Part shown: positions 1 to 8,997 of the stretch, piece after piece
Layout of the letters: each line of letters starts with the position of its first letter
Numbering within the stretch: the stretch's first letter is position 1
Origin: a virus
IMG/VR virus record: IMGVR_UViG_3300045988_184219
Reading direction: 5' to 3' (one strand)
DNA: 64,000 bases
Notes under the pieces: model-generated
Seen by the model: the letters and a program-made list of their open reading frames with translations, nothing else
What the model was told of the DNA's origin: nothing
Databases searched by the model: none
Position numbers and translations under genes: made by a program

Positions 1-211
1 AATAGGCATTTTCAATCCTCCTAACGACAAACAACAACGACTCATCTGATGTATCTATTATATAACTTTTACAAGACAAAATCTTAAATATTTGATCGAT
101 GGAAGAAATAACATTATCCATTTTTAACAACAAACCGTTTCTTTGGTCTATAAATAAAAAAGCGGATAGCAGTTTTTCTTTCTGCCGTCACGCTTCAAAA
201 CAGACATGGTT

Positions 212-490
212 TCAGAATGACATCACAACAGTTTGATTGACACCATTTCCTACCATATCAGAGGTGTATTGGTCAACAACGCGCCCAACAGGAGCCATCT
301 CAACGATAGCATCACGAACACGCTCTTCTTCTGGATATTGAAAGAATAGCTCAACGCGACCTTTTTCGGCGTTTCGAAACGCGTACTTAGGATGGCGGTC
401 AAGAATGTCCTTGAGCCACTTCGGAACAACTCGCGAAATTCCACAACAATCTTTAACATTGAATGTTTCCAGTGCGCTACCATTCATCAT
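212..490 (-). CDS. hypothetical protein (92 aa)
   Basis: ORF with SD GAAAGGAAAA 7 nt upstream of ATG at 490; cassette promoter box at 533-555. Confidence 0.6.
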   Translation of the reverse strand: MMNGSALETFNVKDCCGISRVVPKWLKDILDRHPKYAFRNAEKGRVELFFQYPEEERVRDAIVEMAPVGRVVDQYTSDMVGNGVNQTVVMSF

Positions 491-634
491 TTTGCTATTT
501 TCCTTTCTCTTTCCAACAACTCAACGATTCCGATAGATTCATTATATAACTTTTCAGCCATGCAATCTGAAAGAAATAGCAGGAACAGTAACTTTTTTGA
601 GTCACCATCTCCAGCCATCCTTTTTTCTTTTGGT

Positions 635-1195
635 CTACCTACTTCCATGTCCAATCGGGTTCATCTCATCGACAACAGCCCCAAGCAACTGAACGGGCGA
701 CGGAACAAATTCCACATACCCATCATCGTCCTCAGAGAGTAACGGAATTGGATTGTACTCCCACCCGTAATGCCACGACCAACGGTAGGCGTGCTCATAT
801 CCACCGAGCGCAATCCACCCACCCCAGTCTTTCTCAAAGGGAGCCTTAAACGGTTCGCCGAGAGAGGTGTATGGGGCAATAATTCCAAACACAGAACTAC
901 AATCCCCAGCGGCGATAAGGTTCGCAATCAGTTCTTCGCGAGAGAAGAAATTGAGAAGTGTTGAGCCAACACCATCCAAATCGCCATTATTGTGGCAGTA
1001 GATAGAATATGTCTTTCCCTTCTTGAGAGTCATAGGACGGCTGTTCTCATACGCCACTTTCAGAGCGTCATCCACCTTCCGACGATCCGAACGCCGACGA
1101 ATCCAGTCATGGATGCGTGCAGGGAGGAGATTTGGATCGAATTGGACTTCAATGTCAAGTGTTGGGATGTACGAAATAAGTGCGCGAGTGCCCAT
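635..1195 (-). CDS. hypothetical protein (186 aa)
   Basis: SD GAAAGGA upstream of ATG at 1195; cassette promoter 1216-1240; no recognisable motifs. Confidence 0.6.
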   Translation of the reverse strand: MGTRALISYIPTLDIEVQFDPNLLPARIHDWIRRRSDRRKVDDALKVAYENSRPMTLKKGKTYSIYCHNNGDLDGVGSTLLNFFSREELIANLIAAGDCSSVFGIIAPYTSLGEPFKAPFEKDWGGWIALGGYEHAYRWSWHYGWEYNPIPLLSEDDDGYVEFVPSPVQLLGAVVDEMNPIGHGSR

Positions 1196-1288
1196 TTACA
1201 GAATCCTTTCTACGAACAAAGCCAATTTTGTTGTATAACTTTTTAGATAAAGAATGGCGGTTTTTATTTCCACCGCCATCCACACATA

Positions 1289-1567
1289 TCAGCACATCTG
1301 CCAGATCCCAGCATCATAACGCTCAATCAGTCCAAACTCCATGTAAGCGTTGAGCGCAAGAAACCCATCACGCGCAACAAGACGACGCAGATAATCCTCA
1401 TCGATCGTCAAACCAAGCTCTTCCGAATGACCGAGAATTGTGTCAATCGCAGCCTCATAGATGTCTTCAGACTCAACGTCACTCGCATAGTCGTGGAAAA
1501 TATACGCGATAGCTTCCTCGCCGAAAACCTTGTGTTCAGAAGGGAAAATCTTAAGCAAGTAAACCAT
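1289..1567 (-). CDS. small acidic protein, paralog family A (92 aa)
   Basis: N-terminus VYLLKIFPSEHKVFGEEAIAYIF matches 19087..19464 and 49239..49514; SD GGAAACGGAGAG before ATG. Confidence 0.65.
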   Translation of the reverse strand: MVYLLKIFPSEHKVFGEEAIAYIFHDYASDVESEDIYEAAIDTILGHSEELGLTIDEDYLRRLVARDGFLALNAYMEFGLIERYDAGIWQMC

Positions 1568-1830
1568 TTTTCACTCTCCGTTTCCTTGTTTAACAACTCT
1601 TTCGATGTATTTATTATATAGCTTTTTACGTAGCGAGACTGAGAAAACCTGCGAGATGGCGGGTTTTCTTTCGTTTTTTGTGGATCGCGACGGGAGAACG
1701 TTTTCCTTTGGTCTATCAACTCCACTCAGTGAGAAAACATAAACTTCATCAAAATTTTTCCTTTGGCGCATAAAAAAGAACCACCTTCCAAGGAAGATGA
1801 TTCTTTTGAGAGAAGACGCTCGCTCAGAAA

Positions 1831-2385
1831 TCAGACCGTAATCTGAACCTCACGCGGGTCAAGGACACGAACACCATAAGAACTCATATCCATCTGAGCC
1901 CCAATTTTGTTCATATGGTCGATTACCTCCTCGGGAACGTAGCGGTACGTCCCACGCCGCATTTCGTTGCGACGCTTCACCTCCTCGATAGGGAGAAAGG
2001 TAAAATCGAGAATAACGACAATAGCACGTCCTTGCGTCTCCTCAAGGACGATACGCTTGATGTCCTTGATTGCGCGACCGTTCATAAACGTCGCGTCAAT
2101 AAAGGTTGCACCTACCGCATTACCGACCTTGCAGGAGAGGCGGGAACGCAAGCACTCATGTGTGAGTTCCCATGCACGCCGTGAGACATTCTGATTAATC
2201 TCGTAAGTAAACTCACCGTCTCTTGTCGTCTCGATAGGAGGTGACAACATAAGGCGAAATGCATCAGGAGAAATCACATAATCATCGCAATTATTGTTGC
2301 GAAGCCATGTGCTCTTTCCAGAACCCGGCAAGCCACGCATGAGGACAACCGTGGCAGAACGGAGAGAAATTGCATGCTTTTTCAT
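1831..2385 (-). CDS. P-loop NTPase, kinase-like (polynucleotide kinase / zeta-toxin-like fold)
   Basis: Walker A GLPGSGKST near N-terminus, ~180 aa single domain; SD GAAAGGATGA before ATG at 2385. Confidence 0.65.
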   Translation of the reverse strand: MKKHAISLRSATVVLMRGLPGSGKSTWLRNNNCDDYVISPDAFRLMLSPPIETTRDGEFTYEINQNVSRRAWELTHECLRSRLSCKVGNAVGATFIDATFMNGRAIKDIKRIVLEETQGRAIVVILDFTFLPIEEVKRRNEMRRGTYRYVPEEVIDHMNKIGAQMDMSSYGVRVLDPREVQITV

Positions 2386-2536
2386 AATAAATCATCCTTT
2401 CTTCGGGCAATACACCTCTTGTATTACCCACCTAAAAACCTACTAAGCCAAAGAGAAAAATTTGGCTTCCAACAATTAAATCATACACCTATTTAACGCG
2501 AAATGGAAATTCTATACACAAAACAAGCAAAAACAA

Positions 2537-2568
2537 AAGGACTACGTTTAACAGTAGTCCTTTTAATA
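2537..2568 (-). terminator. intrinsic terminator hairpin (aaaaggactacg tttaa cagtagtcctttt)
   Basis: perfect 11-bp stem flanked by A/T tracts directly 3' of CDS 2582..2935. Confidence 0.6.
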
Positions 2569-2581
2569 TCAGCCAGTTTTG

Positions 2582-2935
2582 TCACGCCATCCTCACGTTG
2601 TAAACAGGCTTTCCTTCCAGTTCGCGAATCCGCATAATGAGGATGTCCACCAGATCGTCTCTCACATGGACAACGCCGGGCGAGTAGACACCCATACCAG
2701 CGACATCTCCAGTGTAACGCGCATAGCTCCCCTCACTCTCAAGAAGATCGTCATCCATGCGGCGACTGCGACACTCCGCCTGAAAGAGTTTGATGATATG
2801 GTTTGACCTATCTTCAAGGGACGGTTCAACAAACTCAGCATAGTATTTCTGATGTGCAAGGTCACGCTCATACTCAAGGCATTCCTGCTTTGAGTCGAAC
2901 ACAGTTCCGTCAAACGCGGTGTATGTTACCTTCAT
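2582..2935 (-). CDS. paralog family B protein (117 aa)
   Basis: FDGTVFDSKQECLEYERD and VDILIMRIRELEGK motifs shared with 2948..3385 and 3582..3926. Confidence 0.65.
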   Translation of the reverse strand: MKVTYTAFDGTVFDSKQECLEYERDLAHQKYYAEFVEPSLEDRSNHIIKLFQAECRSRRMDDDLLESEGSYARYTGDVAGMGVYSPGVVHVRDDLVDILIMRIRELEGKPVYNVRMA

Positions 2936-2947
2936 GTTACTTCCTCC

Positions 2948-3385
2948 TCAACCTCTCGAACGAGTTCCACAGCGAGTCGAACCTGCACGACCTCGAACGC
3001 TCTTAGGTGTGGTGTCCTCACCGTGCATAATCTTCTGAACCTCGTCCCGATGGCGGGCATTCTCCTCCTCAAGCTCACGGATGCGCTCAATCAGGATGTC
3101 AACCACGTCATCACGGAGGTACATGATTCCTCTGGAGAAATCTCCACAGAAGATTGCCCCACCGTATCGGGTTTCACTTCCTTCGCACTCAAGAGAGTCA
3201 TCACTCATGCGGCGAGCATCACAAGCGTTCTCGAACCATTCAATCATGCGGTTTGCACGATCTTTGAGTTCGCCGCACTGGAAGTCTTTCACATATTTGT
3301 CCAGAGCAATGTCCCTCTCGTAGGTGAGACACTCCTCCTCGGTCGAGAACTCTTTTCCGTCATCTGAAAAGTAGCGTGCTTTCAT
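2948..3385 (-). CDS. paralog family B protein (145 aa)
   Basis: DDGKEFSTEEECLTYERD ... VDILIERIRELEEEN; SD AGAAAGGAAG before ATG 3385. Confidence 0.65.
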   Translation of the reverse strand: MKARYFSDDGKEFSTEEECLTYERDIALDKYVKDFQCGELKDRANRMIEWFENACDARRMSDDSLECEGSETRYGGAIFCGDFSRGIMYLRDDVVDILIERIRELEEENARHRDEVQKIMHGEDTTPKSVRGRAGSTRCGTRSRG

Positions 3386-3581
3386 TTTTTTGTTTCTTCC
3401 TTTCTGTTTAGGTGTCTTTCAAACAACTCATCTGATGTTTATATTATAGTATATTCGATAGGCCAAAGAGAAGAAATTCGTTGAAAACGTTGGTTTTTCT
3501 CTCGATGGTAGGTCACTTGGGAGGAGGAGAGGGTAGACCAAAGGGAATGAGTCATTAAGATTTTCTCTTTGGTCTATAAAC

Positions 3582-3926
3582 TTAGGCGCGAGAGTCTTTC
3601 AGCCGTTCCACCTCAGCCTCTAGGTTGCGAATCCTCTGTACAAGAACATCAACCATATCGTCGCGAAGGTAGATAATCCCGTAGGAAAAATCACCCATAA
3701 TCGGCACACCGCCATCATAACGCATAGGTTTCCCAATCTCTGCCAATGAAAGGTCGTCCATCTGCTTGCGCGAACACTTCTCATCGAACCAGTGGATAAC
3801 CTCGTTTGCACGCGCACGCATCGGTCGGTCAGACTGGGTGTTCTGATAGGTTTCGATTTCGTGCTTGAGACATTCTGCCTCGGAGGAGAATTCTTTGCCA
3901 TCGTTGGCGATAAATTTCGCAATCAT
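3582..3926 (-). CDS. paralog family B protein (114 aa; start moved to internal ATG with SD)
   Basis: NDGKEFSSEAECLKHE ... VDVLVQRIRNLEAE; SD AGAAAGAAGG 7 nt before ATG at 3926. Confidence 0.6.
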   Translation of the reverse strand: MIAKFIANDGKEFSSEAECLKHEIETYQNTQSDRPMRARANEVIHWFDEKCSRKQMDDLSLAEIGKPMRYDGGVPIMGDFSYGIIYLRDDMVDVLVQRIRNLEAEVERLKDSRA

Positions 3927-4166
3927 GTTTTGTCCTTCTTTCTGTTTGAGACAATAACTCAAGCGGCTGTTCTGATGTTTTTATTATATAACAAAATTGA
4001 GGTATGGGCGGGTGTTTTTGGTAGACGACAGGGAGAAATTAAACGGATTAACATAATTAACAGAGAAGAGTTAATTGAGTTAATTGAGTTAATTCCGTTT
4101 CCTTTGGTCTATAAAAAGAAAAGACTGTAAGCCATCGCCCACAATCTTTTCCTTTGGCACATCAGA

Positions 4167-4748
4167 TCAAACGATAAGTGCTCCATTGGCGTCAAACGAA
4201 AGATTCAGCTTCTCAATGTACTTCACAACAGAATCATCATTGTTCATATTGTCTAAGAAAACACGCTTCGTCTTCTCGGCAACCTCCGCACAAGCCGCAT
4301 CAAACCACTGAACGAGTAGCGCCTCAATTTCCTCTTTGGCATACTCCTTACCATCCGCGACAACAATCACACCTTGGTCGAGAACGACAGAAGCACTCGT
4401 TTTATGACTCTTACTCCCGCCCTTAACTTCGATAGAGAGGATAGAATCGAGTCCTTCCTCTACTTCAAAGAAAATGAGATCGAGAAGGTTGTCAATATCG
4501 TCACCATCTTCTGCAAACACATAAAAGCGAGCAATATCTATTCCGCCATCAGGAAGGAAAGTCTTCTCTAACACAGAAGAACAAATATCCTCAACGGGAG
4601 CAAAGTTATCATCATAGGGAACATTCCAATAGTAACGCTCAACAATGTCATTCACATGAGAACGGTAGAACGGTGTCTTACGGACGTTCTCGATAGCGAG
4701 TTTCTGAGCGGATTCGCTCAAATCAGAAAAAGAAAAAGTTGTAGGCAT
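4167..4748 (-). CDS. paralog family C protein (193 aa)
   Basis: N-term FSFSDLSESAQKLAIENV and C-term YIEKLNLSFDANGALIV match the ~14-member family. Confidence 0.65.
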   Translation of the reverse strand: MPTTFSFSDLSESAQKLAIENVRKTPFYRSHVNDIVERYYWNVPYDDNFAPVEDICSSVLEKTFLPDGGIDIARFYVFAEDGDDIDNLLDLIFFEVEEGLDSILSIEVKGGSKSHKTSASVVLDQGVIVVADGKEYAKEEIEALLVQWFDAACAEVAEKTKRVFLDNMNNDDSVVKYIEKLNLSFDANGALIV

Positions 4749-4863
4749 TCATATCATCCCTTCTAAAAAACCGATCTTTGATTACATTTATTATATAACA
4801 CGCGACAAAAAGCCGTTGAGAAAAAAGAAAATTTCTCAAATAAACGTTGAGAAGTTCAACATA

Positions 4864-6141
4864 TTAATCAGCACAATCCACAATCCGTTGAAGCACAAAA
4901 TCTGCACATGCTTGGCACATCCCATTCCCGAGTGCTTTATACCGCGCAGAATCGCTTCCACCTTCTGTCCATCCATCAGGGAGAGCTTGTAAACGTTCAC
5001 ACTCTAAAGGAGTAAGCCGCCTCACGATATTTCCAACCGCCTCAGAAGATAGAGAATCTACCACTAAACTCTCGCTTCCTCCACCATGATTTCCACCTGT
5101 CGCTCGAAGTGCTGCGCATTTATTCTCTGCATACTCACTGAATGACTGTGCGGCAAAAATCTTCGCTACAGCATGGCGGTCTATTGTGTTGAGTGTATAT
5201 GACTTTTCGGACATCACACCTGTACCATTCCCACCATTTTGTATCTGACGCTCTATAGTATTTCCTGCAATACAATAACTCTGAACAAGCGGTACTTGAT
5301 GACCACCTGTACCCATTCTTGCTGCCAAGGTAGGTGTAACCTTATTGCCTGAAACACGAACAACATCATTAGAATGTGCTATATCGTATATGACATCGAC
5401 TGTATCTCTAACTGACGTTTCAGAACCTCCGGAAGCACTCTCCCGCGCTCCTTTGCCCTGCGCAAGATTCCCGCACACGCTTTCGGACTCAAATAATGCT
5501 TTTGCGGCACATCTTCTGTCTTTTCCAAAATCTGCGATAAGGAAGATTCTCTTGCGTCGCTGGGGCACTCCCCAATATTGAGCATCGAGGATTCGCCACG
5601 CAATGTCACAGATTGGCAATTCCACCAATCCCGCGTCTGCCCATCGTGCATTGGGAGGTACTGGAAGCGAGGTTTCTCCGATTTCTTCGAGCACGGTGTG
5701 AAAGTCCATTCCCTTGTTGCTTGAGAAGGCGCCGGGGACGTTTTCCCACACGAAGAAACGAGGGTTTTTCCCGTTTGTCCTTCTTCTAAGTTCTCGAACA
5801 AGCTTAATTGCTTCGAGGAATAACCCACTTCGTACATCCTTTAATCCTCTCCTCTTTCCTGCGGTGGATAGTCCCTGACAAGGCGATCCTGAACACACTA
5901 TATCTACAGGTGGAAGTGTGTCTGGATCTATTTTTGTTATGTCTCCAAGTTGTGTAACATGGGGGAAGTGTTTTCGCGTAATAGACTCAGGAAATGGTTC
6001 TATTTCGCTAGACCAAAGGGGTTCTATACCCGCACGCGTTGAGGCGAGTAACCATCCACCTATTCCATCAAAAAAACTTCCTAGTGTTAAATGTTTTTTC
6101 AATTCTCTACCACCAATCTTTTCTTTTTTTGATTGTACCAT
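4864..6141 (-). CDS. DNA (cytosine-5)-methyltransferase
   Basis: Motif I FFDGIGGW, PCQ motif GSPCQG, ENV motif FVWENVPG, QRRKR, C-terminal LTPLECERLQALPDGWT. Start set at ATG 6141 (MVQSKKEK); longer ORF to 6210 runs into a terminator hairpin. Confidence 0.85.
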   Translation of the reverse strand: MVQSKKEKIGGRELKKHLTLGSFFDGIGGWLLASTRAGIEPLWSSEIEPFPESITRKHFPHVTQLGDITKIDPDTLPPVDIVCSGSPCQGLSTAGKRRGLKDVRSGLFLEAIKLVRELRRRTNGKNPRFFVWENVPGAFSSNKGMDFHTVLEEIGETSLPVPPNARWADAGLVELPICDIAWRILDAQYWGVPQRRKRIFLIADFGKDRRCAAKALFESESVCGNLAQGKGARESASGGSETSVRDTVDVIYDIAHSNDVVRVSGNKVTPTLAARMGTGGHQVPLVQSYCIAGNTIERQIQNGGNGTGVMSEKSYTLNTIDRHAVAKIFAAQSFSEYAENKCAALRATGGNHGGGSESLVVDSLSSEAVGNIVRRLTPLECERLQALPDGWTEGGSDSARYKALGNGMCQACADFVLQRIVDCAD

Positions 6142-6187
6142 TTTAGATAGACCAAAGGAAAAGACGGTAAGGAACTTTTTACCACAT

Positions 6188-6358
6188 ACGAAAAGAGCGC
6201 CCCTAGTCATCAGGACGCTCTCTCCGCGAGTTGTTAGTTGGTTTTAGAAAGGAGGATTCGCAACGGTGTTCCCCCGCCGCCCATTCTGCCACCATATCTA
6301 GCCGCTTGGCGACGGGGCACCGTTTGAGCCGTTCTGGGGTTCCGAACTCCCCTCGGCT
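6188..6358 (-). ncRNA. candidate small ncRNA cassette with 16S-3'-end-like tail (GGGGGAACACCGUUGCGAAUCCUCCUUUCUAAAACC) before terminator
   Basis: ORF-free GC-rich segment bounded by promoter-box variant TTTACTATTATAC (6361-6373) and hairpin+U-tract at 6196-6235; paralog at 32810..33005. Confidence 0.45.
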
Positions 6359-6435
6359 CATTTACTATTATACCTGTTTTGAAAATGTGTGCTGGGAGTT
6401 TTGCGCAACGGACGAGATTTTTTTGATAAACCAAA

Positions 6436-7155
6436 GGAAAAAAGAAAACGCCCCGCGACAAGCACGGGACGCTTTTTTGTCCTACTCCTCGGATGCAACT
6501 CACGCAGCACCCTTCCTGTTTCACCGACTACTTACGCGGGTTGTCCGCGACCTTCATCTCCACAGGCGCAACTTCCCCCACAGCAGGACGTACGGGGTAC
6601 AAACGGCACTCGCTCCACCTCTAGCCACAGGATGCGAGTTATTATCGGCTTCTCGGGGCTCACGCGGCGGGGTCACAGGACACCCTCACCCACCAGTTTC
6701 GCTCGCCACACCATCCGCTAATTTATTCCACCGTGGTTAGCCGTCATGAGGTCTTTGCGACGTAATATTTTCTATGTATCATCGTAGTTTATGGAGATTG
6801 CGCTCCAAATTAGTCCGTCACATCGGACGTTTGCCCGCCATCATAATTGCTTCTCCTCTCTAGGTCTTTGAAAACTTTGTTCAAAGTAGGGCTGTTTCCC
6901 GCATATCCGAATTATCGCGGAGCCATTATATCACCCGCCGCACCCCTCCATCGGAGTGCGTCTAGCACGCGGGGATTTTAACATTGTTTAGGCGGCACAG
7001 GGGATGCAGGGGTCGATTCCTGCGTCCTTGTGAGGGATTTGCTATCAGGAGGCTTATCGTTCCTCGCGTGTGCGCCGCAACATCCGCAGCGCGGGGCGAG
7101 TGTCGTGTCCTCTCTGTTCGATCCGCCCACCAACTTCTCGTCGGTGTCCCTCTCG
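6436..7155 (-). ncRNA. candidate large (~720 nt) structured ncRNA, copy 1
   Basis: No credible ORF, high GC, own promoter box TTTATTATAGCAGG at 7161-7174, intrinsic terminator (cguccc gugcuugucgc ggggcg + U-tract) at 6440-6480; ~85% identical paralog at 36500..37232. Confidence 0.5.
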
Positions 7156-7374
7156 ATGGTTTTATTATAGCAGGTTCGAACGAGGATGTGGAGAGTTTTT
7201 GTTAAACCAAAGATTTTCTTTTTGAAAAACTTTGCGGGCGGGGCGTTTGATGCGTGGGAGATGTGGAACGCGACGAAAGATTTTTACTTTTGGTTTATCG
7301 AATCCAACTGAACTGACAAAATCAACTCAGATTTCCGACTCTCCCGATTCGAATTTCTGACAAAAACGACTACT

Positions 7375-7402
7375 TGACAAGCAACTATTCCGACTACATA
7401 AT
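7375..7402 (+). promoter_or_regulatory. consensus sigma-70 promoter on + strand (TTGACA-16-CATAAT)
   Basis: TTGACA 7375-7380, CATAAT 7397-7402; related copies at 58868 and 37366. Confidence 0.55.
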
Positions 7403-7674
7403 CCACGCTATTTAAGATGCACCATTCCTTTGGTCTACCAATACAGACGCAACCAAAAACAAACATAAGTTCTAATAAACAAAAACAAAAAAACAACACA
7501 CCTGCAAAAGCAAGTGTGCCGTTTTTCTTCTCACCCAACAAGCCGCCCATCGCTCAGACACTCTGGGTTACGTCCCGCAAGGTATGTTACTACCATGCCG
7601 TCTGCAAAACACCCATTGTAAAAATCTTCTGCGCTTTGATGGATTTTCGCAAACAAGTCGAACATTTTGGTCTG

Positions 7675-7706
7675 GTTTCAATCCGCGCACCCGCGTAAGG
7701 TGCGAT
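7675..7706 (-). repeat. solitary CRISPR-like repeat unit (type I-C-like): minus strand ATCGCACCTTACGCGGGTGCGCGGATTGAAAC
   Basis: Close to the I-C repeat consensus GTCGCGCCCCGCACGGGCGCGTGGATTGAAAC, with hairpin plus GGATTGAAAC handle; no adjacent spacer or cas. Confidence 0.55.
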
Positions 7707-8044
7707 GGCAACACATAGCCAGATTCGCCAGTCCCAAGCACTCACCCATCCACTCAGTGTACAAAATCGACATTATTTTGAGAATCCGTTTCCACTTACG
7801 CATCCTTGCGTCCGTCCTCTCCGAGAGAAATGGTGCCGATTTTATGATCACTTGAGGTTCGCACTCGGACCGTTTACTTTGGCATATCTCACCGTCATTT
7901 GTGTTGCGGTTGTAAATTTTCGGTCGCCCCGCCCAACGACCTTCTTTTAGTCTATCGCGTCACCCAACCAAGCGACGGATTCGACCTTGCTAGACAATCA
8001 ATCGCCTCACCGCACCTTTCCTTTGGTCTATCAACAAAACATCA
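7707..8044 (-). other. conserved ~330-nt leader-like element abutting the CRISPR-like repeat (copy 1 of 3)
   Basis: Begins GGCAACACATAG; long near-identical blocks shared with 22093..22433 and 62271..62602. Confidence 0.5.
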
Positions 8045-8097
8045 ATTAAAAAAAAGTGTAGCACATTTTAAAAATATTTTTCTCCAAAAAACGAAAA

Positions 8098-8312
8098 CGC
8101 CTCGCCATATCTGACAGGGCATTTTCAAGGTGAAGGTGATCCAAAGATGGCTTCAGATGGTTACAGAAAAAGCGAGAAAGGTTCGCAAATGCCGAAGCAT
8201 GTCTGGAAGGGACGCTCTGGATGTTTGTCCGTTCTACTCATATTATACAACAAATCAAACATCTTCGAGACCACCTACGACGAACACACTAAAACGCCGC
8301 TGTCCCTTTAAC
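8098..8312 (-). ncRNA. candidate ncRNA cassette E1 (GGATGGTTACAGA...TTCGAGACCACCTACGAC family)
   Basis: ORF-free; promoter-box variant CAATTAAATTTTATCAC at 8313-8335; hairpin CGCCATATCTGACAGGGC at the 3' end; paralogs E3-E5. Confidence 0.4.
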
Positions 8313-8361
8313 AATTAAATTTTATCACAAAAAACAAATTTTGCAACAGCCATCATCTAAA

Positions 8362-8915
8362 ACGAAAACACCCCGCCATTGCTGACGGGGAGTCTTCGCT
8401 ATATGGAGATAGTCCTTCGGATGGTTACGGTGGGTTAAGTAGAGTCATGCACCCCACGACTAAAGCCGGGGTTTGTCCCAGCCGACACGCTTCCGAGCGA
8501 TGCGAGGTTCAGACGGTTGAGAGGGAAAGACCCTCCCGACCTCCCTTCGGTGGGCGGAACATAAGTGGCATGACAGCGCCCCGTGCAACGCAGGTCATGC
8601 CTACGTTGCCACATTTTTCAACGAGTGCCTTTGCGCTAAATTCTGCGCCTACAACGGTTCTCTCGTTGCTTAAATTGTACCGTTTTTCAAGGAGATTTTC
8701 AACAACTTTTAAGAAAACATCCTCGAAAAGTAAAGTTTGACCGCGCCGATTCCTCCACATGCCTGAAGGAAGGGGCTTCCTCGGCGATTGAGGTGAGTTT
8801 GGTAAGTCATCTTCTTCAAGGAGTGTGCCACTATGACGAAATGGGCAAAACCGACCGAGAAGGACGCTCTGTGTACAAGACACAAGAGACCACCCGCGAC
8901 TCAATGGAAAGCCAC
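8362..8915 (-). ncRNA. candidate ncRNA cassette E2 (contains the 77-nt block shared with 46456..46532)
   Basis: GC-rich; terminator CCCCGCCATTGCTGACGGGG + T-tract at 8365-8395; the overlapping ORF 8509..8943 has no SD. Confidence 0.35.
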
Positions 8916-8997
8916 TGTCCCTCTTATACTTTGAGTATAACATAAACGATTATATTTTTCAACATATTTTTCCTCTTGAACAATTAACAAAAGAAAA

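Noticed and set aside
6231-6740. + strand ORFs in the GC-rich islands (6231..6740, 6389..6721, 32869..33342, 36602..36832, 10426..10728, 8447..8740) and the minus ORFs 6234..6524 and 8509..8943
   Set aside because: They have no SD or cassette context. They run through promoter boxes and terminator hairpins. Where paralogous DNA copies exist the protein frames are not conserved beyond the identical nucleotides. GC-rich structured RNA regions commonly give spurious long ORFs.
6188-7155. Degenerate rRNA operon fragment (because of the 16S 3'-end-like tail and weak 23S-like strings)
   Set aside because: Similarity is confined to the anti-SD/h45-like tail. The adjacent large element is not collinear with any 16S or 23S conserved block I could recall, and the pieces are separated by their own terminator and promoter.
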